Shown here in pieces: positions 13,801 to 38,443 of a stretch of 64,000 bases of DNA (positions are counted from its first letter, which is position 1; each line of letters opens with the position of its first letter). Both the position numbers and the translations under genes were made by a program. The notes beneath the pieces are model-generated. The model was not told where the DNA came from. It ran no database searches and worked only from the letters and a program-made list of their open reading frames with translations. Source of the stretch: Lama guanicoe. Taxonomy: Eukaryota. The stretch is from assembly GCA_013239625.1 (NCBI GenBank), contig MU054323.1, forward strand, positions 16,062,029-16,126,028. The letters are read 5' to 3'.

Positions 13801-16800
13801 TATGTGGATGGAAAACCTAAAGCTTCTACTTCACAGAAAGTTTTCAATCCTAAAACACTACTTTGAGGAACTATAGAGGGTAAATATGAGGCTCAAACAA
13901 AATAACTACAAGTTCCACACAATTCACAATATGTAACCAGATATTTTTTGTTTAGAAATCAAACTTTAGTGTACATACATTTGTTGTTTTCATATATGTT
14001 TCATGTAGGAGGGTTTTACATGTACAGATAAAAGCCAAGAAACTAAAACTGGTTCAAAGGTGTAAACTTATTAAATCCATACCTGAAGAAAAAGAGATCT
14101 GTTGTGCATCGAACATGTCCAGTTTTCTCACTAAATCTTCACAGTTCCAAAAAGATCTACTTTAATTTCTAAGATTTATTTAAAAATATGTATTTATTAT
14201 CTGTAGTACTGTTAATGAACAAATGATTCATTATATTAAAAATTTACTTCTAAGTTCCTATATATATCTGGTTATGAGAACTCCCATTTAAAGGAAAGCA
14301 ATATTGAGGACTTCTAAAATGGTATATTTACTTCTATTAAGATCAAAGGGGAATCCAATTCCTCTGTTTAAAGATTCAAGAGAATCATTTAATATTTAAG
14401 AAACTCACCTTTCAAATTATCAAAGTGCACCCAAGAAGCAGATTTTAACTTTTTGGTTTCCACATGACTTTCAGACACAGTTTCTTCCATCTCAACTTTT
14501 TTCACAGTATCTGTTTCTGTTTCTTTATCTGCATCAGTGAATTTTTCTATTTCTTCATCATCTTTTATGTCAGTAAAATTTTCTTCATCATCAGACTCCT
14601 AAAAAAAATGGTTTAATGAATCTGGGTTAATCAACTGGAAGTCTATATTCAATTACATGAGATAGTTCTGAAGAAGATTCACTTATTGCAACTCTGATGA
14701 AACGTGAAAGTTCCATCAATGAAATTTAGAATGAGACCATATTCTTATTTTTAAATGTAATAAATTTTAAACGTAATAAAAAAGTTTTGAGCCAAGAATC
14801 CCTGAGACATTCAAAACATTCAGCTCTCAGGTAAATCTCTGACTTGTTATAAATAACTCTATCAGGCAGGTGCTATTATGTCCACTTCACAACTGAGGAG
14901 ACAGGTAGGAGACCCACTAGCTCTACAAATGTCTACAACTATTTCATATAATCAGTTTAGGGTAGTTTATTACAAGTAAAGTGGTCAAGCAACCTGCCCA
15001 CCTAGTAAACTGTACACCTGGGACTAAAATCCAGGTCCGTCTGCTTCCAGGACTCATACTACATGCTCCAGAGAACTAAGTAAGTTACTGTCACTGAAGC
15101 AAAGAAGGAAAATACCAAATATATTTCGGAACCCACTCGATTTAAAAAGCAGCTATAAAATATACCGGATGATCATCTAGTTGACTTCTTAAACCTGGTT
15201 TTGCTTTAAGGATCTCAGACACAAGATATAAAGCTCCACATATGAACGGTGGCATCTGTTCACAAGTAACTTGAAGTAACCTCTTCACAAAAGCCTTCAC
15301 CCTCCGCAATACGATGTCCGCTTTCAGAGATTTGTAGACAAGGTTAAGAAACATGGCTTGCTTAGAACACATCATCAAGCCTGGATCCAGCATCTTCCTG
15401 CAAAACAGAAAAAAGACCACATGTTTATTCATAAAACACCCCCATAACTAGCAGTCACATATTAGAGTCAACTACTAACTTAATCTTAGTTAGAGATAAC
15501 CTTCCTGCTTATTTTAGAAGAGACCATTTCTTTTTTTTTAACATTTTTTTTACTGAGTTATAGTCATTTACAATGTTGTGTCAAATTCCAGTGTAGAGCA
15601 CAATTTTTCAGTTATACACGAACATATACATATTCACTGTCACATTTTTTTTTGCTGTGAGCTACCATAAGATCTTGTATATATTTCCCTGTGCTATACA
15701 CAAGAGACCATTTCTGCCCTAAGACGTAAAACGGAAGTCAATGATCAGAATAGAAGGAATGATGATAATATCAGGGGAAAAATCCACAGGATCAAGAGAC
15801 CTTTTTTTGTGGTTTCTTTTCTCTTTCCCAAGTGGTTTTCCATTCTCCAGACCAACAGAGCACAGCCCTAACAGTGTAGTTTTCATATAGATACAGAACT
15901 GTGCATGAAAGGCTAATCCAAAGCCAAACAATGAAAACTGACCTGTGTAAGCAGTGGACTAGATCAGGTTCTTGTCCTTGCATCACTCCCTACTATCTGG
16001 TGACCAGAGGCTGCCTCCACATGGTTCTGGTGAAGCATACACGTGGAGTAGGAAACTGAATTGTGAGGACTTCAGAGACTCTCCAGCTCAATGTAAAACT
16101 GTATGACTGTATCCTTCCCATACATACTTTTCCCTCTGCCCAGAATGCTCTTCTCCAGCTGTCTGCATGTGCACAGGTTCCTCCGTTATCTCCTTTCTCA
16201 GTCCCCCATATTTATGTTCATTATAGTTTAACTCATTCTTCTGCCATTCTCTCCTCCCCCTCTCACCCCTAGAGTGCAATGGAACAGGGACCTGTGTCTG
16301 TGTTATTCACTGTTATAAAGCTGGTGCCTGGCACTTAATAAGTACTCAATATTTGCTGAATAATAAGTGATTCACTTCATGGGAAGTGGTTGTACAGTAT
16401 CTCTAGTGATTGCAGACTGCTCACTAACTTTGGACAACTCATTTTTTGCCAGAAAATACCTTCTTTACCCATAGTTGAAATCTGTTCCTGTGTAATTTCC
16501 AACCATTAATTCTACTACTGCCTCCTGGAGCAACACAAGATTACCTAAATACAAGCAACAAAAGCAAAAATAAACAAGTGGGACTAGATCAAACTAAAAA
16601 GCTTCTGCACAACAAAGGAAACAGTCAACAAAATGAAAAGGCAACCTATAAACAAAAGTATCTGCAAACCATGTATCTGATAAAAGGTTAATATAAAAAA
16701 TATATAAGGAACTCCATACAATTCAATAGCAAAAAATTCCAAATAATTCAATTAAAAAATAGACAGAGGACCTGAATAGACATTCTCCCAAAGAAGACAT

Positions 16801-19800
16801 ACAAATGGCCAAAAGGTACATGAAAAGATGCTCAATACCACTAATCATCAGGGAAATGCAGATCAAAACTACACTGAGATATCAACCACACATGTTAGGA
16901 TGACTATTACCAAAAGGCAAGCGATAACTAACACTGACAAGGATGTGGAGAAAGTGTAACCCTCGTACACTGTTGGTATGAATATAAGTTGGTACAGCCA
17001 CTGTGTAAAACACTATGGTGATTCCTCAACAAATTAAAAACAGAACTACCATATGATCCAGCAATTCCACTTCTGGGCATATATCCAAAGGAAATCTGCA
17101 CGCTCGTGTTCTCGGCATTACTCACAACAGCCAAAGTACAGAAACAACCTATGTGTCTGTCAATAAGATGACTGGATAAAGAAAATGTGGCATAAACACA
17201 CAACAGATTATTATTCAGTCATGAGAAAGAAGGAAATCCTACTTGTGACATGCATGAACCCGGAGGACATTGTGCTTAGTGAAGTAAGTCAGACAGAGAA
17301 AGACAACTACTCTATGATTTCACATATACGTGGAATTGAAAAAAATCAAATTCATAGAAACAGAGAACAGACTGGTAGTTGTCAGGGGTTGGGGTGGAAG
17401 AAATGAGATGCTGGTCAAAGATGCAAACTTTCAATTATAAGATGAGTAAGTTCTGAGAGGATCTACCGTACAGCATGATGAATATACTTAATACTGTTAC
17501 TGTATACTTGAAATTTGCTAAGAACAGATCTTAAGCATTGTCACCAAGAAAAGATGTTAATTAACTTGATTATGGTAATTACCACAATGTATACACGGAT
17601 CAAATCTTTGTTATATGCTTTAAATATATATAATTTTATCAAAATAACCTAATTATACTTCTACATGACAGCCTTTCAAATACCTAACCCTATACTATAG
17701 CTAATTATGTGTCCTTCTCTCCCCTCAAGGGTCTCCTCTGCTGACTGCTGAACTATTATCTCCTATGATAATTTTAAAATTCTCTCTCTATCGTGCTTGC
17801 TGAATCCCAGGGATGTTCCAGATGGTCTAGAACCCCAGACATCAGGACACCCAGAATTAACAAATCCTCCAGATATGCTGATGTGGAATTATTACTTTTG
17901 TTCTAAGCACTTTTATTACTTTTTTTTCACTAACACTAGAAATGAAAATATTTAACCTTGTGAGGCATTTTCATATTGCTCTACATATCCAGGTTTCTCC
18001 ATTTGTCAGTTCCATAACTCTCGTACCTACTGGTGATATTTTGAAATAGTCTATATTATTCAATCTTTGACATCTCACTTTCTCTCCTCCCATTTACATT
18101 TTTCAACATTTTCATCCATTCTACAACTTATTTTTAATCATAAGCTCCATTACATGTCAATAGAAGCATTTGAGAATTTAGACGGGTGTCTCCACCATTT
18201 GACAGAGAACATGTTCCTGAAGCTTTTGATAAATCACGTTTTTGTAAACTGAATCATTTCTTCATTTCTTTTATCCCTCAATTTTACTTAAAGGATTCTT
18301 AATAAAACCAAGAGAAAATAAATACTTTAAGAAGGCTTAAAAGCCCTTTGAGGAAATTCATCTGTGAGAGTGCTTGGCAAGCAATAATTTAAAGAATTTA
18401 GGAATGTACTCCTCAGAGATGTTAGACTATTGTTTTAAACATTGAGATGTTAAATAGATATTAGAAAAACGTGTTTTCCAATAGTTTCCAAGCATTTCCT
18501 AAGAAGTAGAGATTCTATTACCCTCAAAAGTTACAAAAAACCCCAAACACCGAAGCCCCTACATTTTCAGTCTCAGAAGTCTTCCCAAACTAAAAACATT
18601 TAAGTATTTATTACTTTAAAAGATTATAGACTCTTAAGACTTATGGGAAGACCTCTGAGATTCTTTTTTAGTGTACCAGCGCAATCAGTGCCATGAAACA
18701 CCATCAATTCCAAGCTAGTATAGATCTGGATTTGCCACCTAACTTGGCCTCATAATGTCTGTGTGAACTTGCACAAATTATGTACCTCAGAGACTGGAGA
18801 GCTGTTAAGAGGATTAAACTAAGCAGGAGGGTATAGCTCAAAGTGGTAGAGCACATGCTTAGTATGTATGAGATCTCGAGTTCAATCCCCAGTACCTCCT
18901 CTAAAAAAAAGTAAATAAATAAATAAACCTAAATACTGCCCTCCCCCTCCAAAAACAAAACAAAAAACAACAACAAAAAAAAGAGGATTAAACTGAAAAA
19001 GTGTGAGGATAAGGACAAGAAGTCATAATAATAATAACAACAACAACAACAACAACAATAATAATAATGGCAGCACTTACAGAGCACTTAGTGTGTGTTG
19101 GGCGTTGTTAAATACACACCACATGTGAAGATTACATGGGTTTACATATACATTAACTCATTAACCTTATTAAATTCCCAGTTCTGTCATTTTCTAGCTA
19201 TGTAATTGTGGGGAAATTTCATCATCTTCATAATAACACTACGGGATAGGTGATTGCCTCTCCATTTTATAGGCAAATAAAAGCACAGTAAAATGGGATC
19301 AACCATGTTTACCAATGGGGTTTTAATGAGGATTAAGTAATCTACCCAAAGTTAAGACAGCAAACTAATGGCTGGGACCCAAAACCAGGCAATGTGGCTC
19401 AAGTCTAAGATATTAACCACTATACATTACGTTTTTCAAGAGATATATGTACGTAAAATTACAAAGATGAATTAGAAGGCAATATATAGCTTGCTGGTGT
19501 ACTTGAACAGTTCCAAACTGTACTTAAATACACTTCGTTCAAAATATCAGCCCTCAATGGGTGCACTGCAGGATAGCTGCAAAATTCAGTGAACAAAGCC
19601 TTAATCATAATATTTTTTTAAAAATTCCCAAATTGTAACCCCCAACCCTCCTATCCAAAAGCTTTCTTTTTTTTTAATATATAAACTTTTTTTTATTGAG
19701 TTACAGTCATTTTACAATGTTGTGTCAAAAAGCTTTCTTATTTACCATGTGTCTTCCCCAATATGCATGGAAGTGCCTCTAGAGGTGGGAATTTTGTTCA

Positions 19801-22800
19801 CTGTGCTATGTCCTGAGTCCTGGAACAGCACCCAGCACATACTTGGCACTCAAAAAATTCTTGTTGAATGAATGACTAAATGGCTGTATGAAGGACAGGA
19901 GGGAAAAAATACAGGACTGAGGATGGGGCCTACTCAAAACAAAAAAATAACATATTCAAAGCACATAATTTAGCTGTCCAACAGGGAAACAAAGACTAAG
20001 TCACCCACAGTTGGTGAGTAGTAGCAAGTCGCCGAGGAGGCCCTAAAACCCCACTTCCTAAGTCTTTCTCTTGCCCCACAAAGGGGCACAGCATTGTATT
20101 AGACCACGCTATTTCTCACTCACATACTGGAATGGTAGGTACTTACCGATACAATGCTGCATAGTATCGATTTGATATCGTCTGCTGAGAATTCATCACT
20201 TGGAAAAGCAACATTAAAGCCTGCACACTGGTATTAAAATTTACAACATGCAGCACTCTAAACAGTGTGTCAACCTGCTCCCTCACTTTGTCGTCACCAG
20301 TCTGAGAATAAGGGTATGCCCTATTCACTCCTGTCAAAAGGGCACTGAGCATTTTTGATTCAATATCTTTTTTCTTGATACAAGTCCGAAAAAAACAAAA
20401 ATAAAGAGTTATTAATTTGTTAGCCAGTTCACTTTCTTCATGGGAGAGGGCCATTTGATTTAAAAAGCAAATTGCATAATACTGGGCTTTGGAGCTGATG
20501 TTTGAGCGGAAGAGCAGCCTTTCTACTTCACCACACACAACTCCTTTCATATTGGGATGTCTGCAAAGTAATGTCTCTAACAGATGGGATGCTTTGGTGG
20601 CTATTCTGTTCTGAGGATCTCCCAGTTTATTCACCACCTGCACAAGAAGGGCCTTTTCCTCCTCAGGTTTGTTACAAAGCAGCTCATGAGCCACTATAAG
20701 GGCTCGTGTTTTTGTGGTTACTAATGAATCATGACTTAAAGTTTCTAAGACCTGCACAAATTCAGCCACTAAGTGTTTCAGCTGGTGTTCAAAATACCAT
20801 AATATCAGCCTTCTGTCCCTTGAGTCCCTGTTGCCACTGGACAACTGTTCTAGTTTGTTGAAAGGATGCTGGCTGAAAATTCGTAGTTTTCGACTGTCTG
20901 GCAAAAGGTCTGTAATGAGTAACTCTTTGAAAGTATCCAAAGCCATGAGGCACTGCTGTTTGCTGCCCTTCTTTTTAACGAGGTTCAAGAGAGTTTCTAC
21001 AAACTGCAGTGTGTGAACAGCATCATCCTGAATAAGAAGAATCATGGCTGCCATCCTGTCACCAAGTGTCCCCGATGTCACAATTGCCTTCATCCAGGTA
21101 GAAGAGGCTCCCTTTTGATTATTCGTCTTATTTTTGAATAAACTGATTTCATGCTCATACAACTTCTGGGCCAAGGTTTTGTACTTAGACACAACATCCT
21201 TAGGCTGGGGTTCCAAAGAATATTCACTGCTGTACTCCAGATCATACCATTTGCCTCCAGACTTAAGTAACAATGTCTGTCTCTCAAAAAATTCAAAGAT
21301 ATCCTGTTGTTTATCTCTCTTTACCTTTGGTATGGCACTGTTGTTCTCAGCAGGATGTTGTTCTGTTCTCTTCTTATTTTTCACCTTACTTTCATTTTCT
21401 GCTACATTTTGCTTTTTATTATTTACTTTAGGAATTCTTGCTTCGTTTTTGCTTGCATCTTCCTTTTTAGCTGGTTTTTCTTCTTCAGTTGAGAAAGCTT
21501 TTGCATACTTGGCCAAGCTGAGATTCTGAATAAATGCCTCCAATTCACCTTGCTGAAGATCATCAATTGCTCCTTTTTTGCCTCCATCTACCACTTCCTC
21601 ATTCTCATCCAAAGCAGCCAGCATAAGGTAATCTTGCTGCATAAAAACATAAGAAAGTTAAAAATAAATTACAAATCCAACAGTTTAGTTAAAACTTCAA
21701 AAGTTAAGCTGATATCTACATCCCTGAAGTCAATTAATTTGAGTTATCATGGTATTGCCTGGGCTCCCACCTACACTCACAACACTGGATGGATCAAAAA
21801 TTTAAATGAGAAAAATAAAACAAAACAAAAAACAGAAGAAAGCACAGCATAATTAAAAAAAAAATTCTAGAGTAGGCAAAAATCTTTCCAAATTTGACAG
21901 AAAACTCAGGGTCCATTAAGGAAAGAATGAATAAATTTATCACTCTCTCTCAAAATATATACAAAAATCAAAAGACAAATAATAAACTGGAAAAACAAAC
22001 TGGCAACTCGTATCAAAGTAATTGGGCTCAATTTAATACAAAAGTTCTCACACATCAGTTAAGGAAATGACAACCCAACAGAGATATGCAAGGGATATAT
22101 ATACACCTATGGTTCACAGAAGGGAAAAAAAAGCAGCTCTTTAAAAATATGAAAAGACGCTCAACCTCACTGACATTTAAGGAAGTCCAAATTAGGGAGA
22201 GGGTGTAGCTCAGTGGTAGAACGTGTACTTAGAGGTCCTGGGTTCAATCCTCAGTACTTCCATTAAAATATATAAATAAATAAACCTAATCACCTCCCCT
22301 CTATCCCCCCCAAAAAAGGTCCACATTAAAATCACAATGATACGTTCATTTTTTAATCTGTCAGATGAGCAAAGATAAATTTAAGACAGGTGGTGTTGGG
22401 AGAGGATGAAGAAAGGCACTTTCCTACATGGCTGATGTAAGTATAAACTGGCACATCCTCTATGGAGGGCAATTTGCCAACTAAAAACAAAATACAAGAC
22501 ACACATCCTTTCACCTAGCCATTCCATTTCTACAAATTTAGGTTATACACACACTTACAAATGTGGAAAAAGATATATATTCAAGGTATTTACTGAAGCA
22601 TCATTTAAAATAGCAAAGACTGACAACTTAAATATCCACAATAAATGCTGGTTAGATAAATTAAGACAGATAATGATTTATGCAGGCATAAAACCAATGA
22701 CAGTCTATATACTTATATGGATGGATCGCTAAAACAGTAAGGAAAAAAAAGACCTTAAATATTGTTTAAAAAATATTATAGACATAGTACTGTACCTTTT

Positions 22801-24017
22801 GTGTAAAAAGTAACAAACGCAGGTGTGTGTATTTGCTTGGAATATATAAAAGACATAAAAATGACTTTCTCGGAAGGGAAACTGCATGGAGATTAAAGTG
22901 GCAGAAAAGAATTTTCATCAGGTACCCCCTCCTTCAAAAAAAAAGCCTTTTTGTAACATGTACATATACTACCTACTCAAAAATTACATACAACCCAAGT
23001 ACAGAGCAAATTGTGAATATGTCTCTGTAAATTGCATTTCTCTTCCCTCTATTCGCTCATCCCACCCCGCCCAGTTTTTATGAAATATTTAATAAAAAGC
23101 CAAATTCTATCACATACTTGCTCCAAATCTACAGTTTCCGATCAAATTCAGAGCATAAGTCCACCCTCTTACCTCTCTGACCTTTCTCACTGTCCTCCTC
23201 GCACCTCACTCTGCCTCAGCTGTACTTACTTTTCTGTTGTTTACGGAACAGAACAAATAAGGCTCTTTCCTTTCTTTCCTTCAGTTTTCTGCCCAAACAC
23301 ATCAGTGCTGCGTTCTCCGATCACCTTGTTTAAAACTGTTAACACCCTCCCCTACTCATCATCCTCTTTCCTTGTTTTATTTTTCTCCATAGCTGTAGTC
23401 AGCGACTAACATACTACGTATTCCAAAGTTTGGTTATTGTTTCTCTCCCTTAATCAGGATGTAAAATCCAAGAGCGCAGAGAGCTTAATGAGCGTGTATC
23501 TGAGAACAGAAGTTAAAATTCCAACACCACTGGAGTTCCAAACATTGATGCCAAGAGGTCAAGACCAAAAAGTCAGTCCTCTCTGACTTGACGGAGTGCC
23601 AGGTATACTACGTCAATAAAATGAGATCACCTACATCATAAGAAAGAACAAAGCACAAAAATGTTCAATTCTAAACGACTTTCTCTTGCAAAGAGCAACG
23701 GGAAAGAAGTGCGGGAAGCGCACAGAACACATTTCAAAGCTGGACTCTGGGTCCATGACGCCCTCCCACTCCGCAGCGCCGGGGCTGCGGTGTCATTTGC
23801 ACGCCACTCGCGTGACCACTCCACGCGCCTCTGTCCTGCTCCAGGAGTCCCAGGCCATTACCTTGGTGCCTCCGAGCCGTAACACTTCTTCCAGGGAAAA
23901 CTCATCCTCCGTTTCATCGTTATCGTCCTCATCGTTCTCATCCGGATCTTCTACCGCCTCCTCCGGTCGCCGGGGATGCTTGGCATGGAACTCCAAAGGT
24001 TTCTTGGCGGCCGCCAT
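1729..24017 (-). CDS. CEBPZ: CCAAT/enhancer-binding protein zeta (CBF/NOC1/Mak21 family, 60S biogenesis), complete, 16 coding exons, 3168 nt, 1055 aa
   Basis: Exons 24017-23862, 21636-20147, 15397-15166, 14598-14409, 12980-12892, 10116-10063, 9622-9520, 9424-9356, 8363-8297, 7363-7263, 6806-6749, 6367-6180, 5620-5531, 2677-2616, 2526-2445, 1865-1729. All GT-AG, phases consistent, total divisible by 3. Confidence 0.97.
2445..2526 (-). CDS. CEBPZ: CEBPZ exon 15
   Basis: [27 protein letters not shown]; donor CAA|GTAAGT. Confidence 0.92.
2616..2677 (-). CDS. CEBPZ: CEBPZ exon 14
   Basis: [25 protein letters not shown]. Confidence 0.9.
3365..3810 (-). mobile_element. Old L1 (L1M) 3'-end fragment
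   Basis: Antisense L1 3' phrases: tttcatataaatggaatcat, cttagcata, cattccattttattgctgaataata, ggatatttaggttgtt. Confidence 0.7.
4681..4836. mobile_element. TcMar-Tigger non-autonomous element (MER8/Tigger2-like)
   Basis: TIRs CAGCTAACCCCCGAACAACA / TGTTGTTCAAAGGTCAGCTG, flanked by TA on both sides. Confidence 0.8.
5531..5620 (-). CDS. CEBPZ: CEBPZ exon 13
   Basis: [34 protein letters not shown]. Confidence 0.9.
5868..5975 (+). repeat. Polypurine (GAAA/GGAAA)n low-complexity tract
   Basis: ~105 bp composed only of A and G. Confidence 0.9.
6180..6367 (-). CDS. CEBPZ: CEBPZ exon 12 (acidic tract)
   Basis: [22 protein letters not shown]...ENESIP; GT-AG. Confidence 0.92.
6503..6550. repeat. 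21-bp direct repeat CGAGCCTTTATTTACTATACT x2
   Basis: Identical copies at 6503-6523 and 6530-6550; degenerate third copy at ~6475-6500. Confidence 0.85.
6749..6806 (-). CDS. CEBPZ: CEBPZ exon 11
   Basis: [23 protein letters not shown]. Confidence 0.9.
7263..7363 (-). CDS. CEBPZ: CEBPZ exon 10
   Basis: [37 protein letters not shown]. Confidence 0.92.
8297..8363 (-). CDS. CEBPZ: CEBPZ exon 9
   Basis: [27 protein letters not shown]. Confidence 0.92.
9356..9424 (-). CDS. CEBPZ: CEBPZ exon 8
   Basis: [26 protein letters not shown]. Confidence 0.9.
9520..9622 (-). CDS. CEBPZ: CEBPZ exon 7
   Basis: [38 protein letters not shown]. Confidence 0.94.
10063..10116 (-). CDS. CEBPZ: CEBPZ exon 6
   Basis: [18 protein letters not shown]; donor CAG|GTAAGT. 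Confidence 0.93.
10242..11120. mobile_element. 5'-inverted L1 insertion with 15-bp TSD
   Basis: TSD AATCAAGGACCTCAA at 10227-10241 and 11121-11135; antisense ORF2 C-terminal segment ([13 protein letters not shown] 10222..10554) then sense 3' end ~10700-11090. Confidence 0.85.
11150..12370 (-). mobile_element. hAT-Charlie (Charlie1-like) DNA transposon relic
   Basis: Degenerate hAT transposase C-terminal peptide (SLSQYFPND...WIKDPF) in ORF 11394..11690; Charlie1-like phrases; ends approximate. Confidence 0.7.
12892..12980 (-). CDS. CEBPZ: CEBPZ exon 5
   Basis: [33 protein letters not shown]. Confidence 0.93.
14409..14598 (-). CDS. CEBPZ: CEBPZ exon 4
   Basis: [16 protein letters not shown]...[11 protein letters not shown]; donor AAG|GTGAGT. 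Confidence 0.93.
15166..15397 (-). CDS. CEBPZ: CEBPZ exon 3
   Basis: [25 protein letters not shown]...QLDDHP; GT-AG. Confidence 0.95.
15532..15701 (-). mobile_element. Young, heavily 5'-truncated L1-type 3'-end insertion with 14-bp TSD
   Basis: T-rich tail on left; perfect TSD AAGAGACCATTTCT at 15518-15531 and 15702-15715. Confidence 0.85.
16555..17640 (+). mobile_element. L1 (L1MA/MB-type) ORF2 3' part plus 3'UTR
   Basis: aaactaaaaagcttctgcacaacaaagg, gaagacatacaaatggcc, ccagcaattccacttctggg, gtaagtcagacagagaaagac. Confidence 0.85.
18821..18980 (+). mobile_element. tRNA-derived SINE (camelid Vic-1-like) with 14-bp TSD
   Basis: A-box-like TAGCTCAAAGTGG, B-box GAGTTCAATCC, AATAAA-rich body, A-rich tail; perfect TSD AAGAGGATTAAACT at 18807-18820 and 18981-18994. 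Confidence 0.88.
19026..19068 (+). repeat. Compound (AAT)n(AAC)n(AAT)n microsatellite
   Basis: ataataataataacaacaacaacaacaacaacaataataataat. Confidence 0.9.
19669..19727 (-). mobile_element. ~59-bp copy of the same young L1-type 3' end, 12-bp TSD
   Basis: ttttattgagttacagtcattttacaatgttgtgtc; TSD AAAAGCTTTCTT at 19657-19668 and 19728-19739. Confidence 0.8.
20147..21636 (-). CDS. CEBPZ: CEBPZ exon 2 (1490 nt)
   Basis: [11 protein letters not shown]...RYYAALYR, within ORF 20143..21642; acceptor tgcag|CAA, donor CG|GTAAGT. Confidence 0.97.
21860..22900 (+). mobile_element. Old L1 (L1M) 3' fragment, interrupted by a SINE
   Basis: gaaaagacgctcaacctcact, gtataaactggcacatcctctatggagggcaatttg, gccattccatttcta. 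Confidence 0.65.
22195..22316 (+). mobile_element. tRNA-derived SINE (Vic-1-like), second copy, inserted in an older L1
   Basis: GGTGTAGCTCAGTGGTAGA...GGTTCAATCC...AAATAAATAAACCTAATCACCTCCCC; degenerate TSD AAGTCCAAATTA / AGGTCCACATTA. Confidence 0.85.
23862..24017 (-). CDS. CEBPZ: CEBPZ exon 1 (ATG at 24017)
   Basis: [13 protein letters not shown]...[11 protein letters not shown]; donor AAG|GTAATG. Confidence 0.95.
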
Positions 24018-24155
24018 AGCAAGGAAAGCACGCGCGCAAAGCCCGCGGCTCCCTTCCGCTTGGTCGGGTGACGTACTTCCTGCGGGGGCGGGTCCTCACC
24101 CGGAAACGGGCGCAATCACCACACCTGGAAGGCGGGCTGCGTGCGGCGTTCGGCA

Positions 24156-37848
<13,693 letters not shown>

Positions 37849-37894
37849 TACTTCAATTTGGACTTTTTACCCCCAAGTCTGCCTAAGAAACCAG

Positions 37895-37963
37895 AATAAA
37901 GAGAACATATGTATCACAGGTAAAATAAGTATTAAAATATTTTATTGCTTCACAGCCAATAAA
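37895..37963 (+). terminator. Candidate NDUFAF7 polyadenylation signals
   Basis: AATAAA at 37895-37900 and 37958-37963; GT-rich sequence follows near 38010-38040. Confidence 0.55.
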
Positions 37964-38443
37964 AATAGCCCATCTTATTTAAAGTACAACTAAACAATGA
38001 TCTTTTAAGATTGTTTGACTCTTGGTACAAATGTGTGTTCTCAATTTAATGAAACATATTATTGAGTTTCCTCTAATAAGGCTACTTACTGCATTTTTAT
38101 TTTAAAAAGTAAACATGAATACTGATTGGTTTAATAAAAACTGGAAACAACCTAACTGGCCATTCACAGGGGGCTGATTAAATAGAACTATCAGATATTA
38201 TTTATAAAATGAGGTAGAGCAACATGTTCTGACATAGAAAGATCTCTAAGACTTAGTAAGTGAAAGAAGTAGGGTACAAAGTGTTCCACAGTTATGATTC
38301 CATTTTTGTTGGAGAAAAAGCTACATTTAAAGGAGTGCTTGTGAGTAATTTATAGCAATTACAACACTAAATGCAGACTAGTTGTTTTCTTTGGTATTTA
38401 CTTGTATATGAAAGGAAAGAAAGGATGGACAGTAATCACTATT

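Noticed and set aside
18826..18900. Possible tRNA gene (also 22196-22260)
   Set aside because: Acceptor and anticodon arms are degenerate, and a SINE body, A-rich tail and TSD follow; these are SINEs.
20502..21529. Plus-strand ORFs opposite CEBPZ exon 2
   Set aside because: Antisense shadows of a long coding exon with no recognisable protein.
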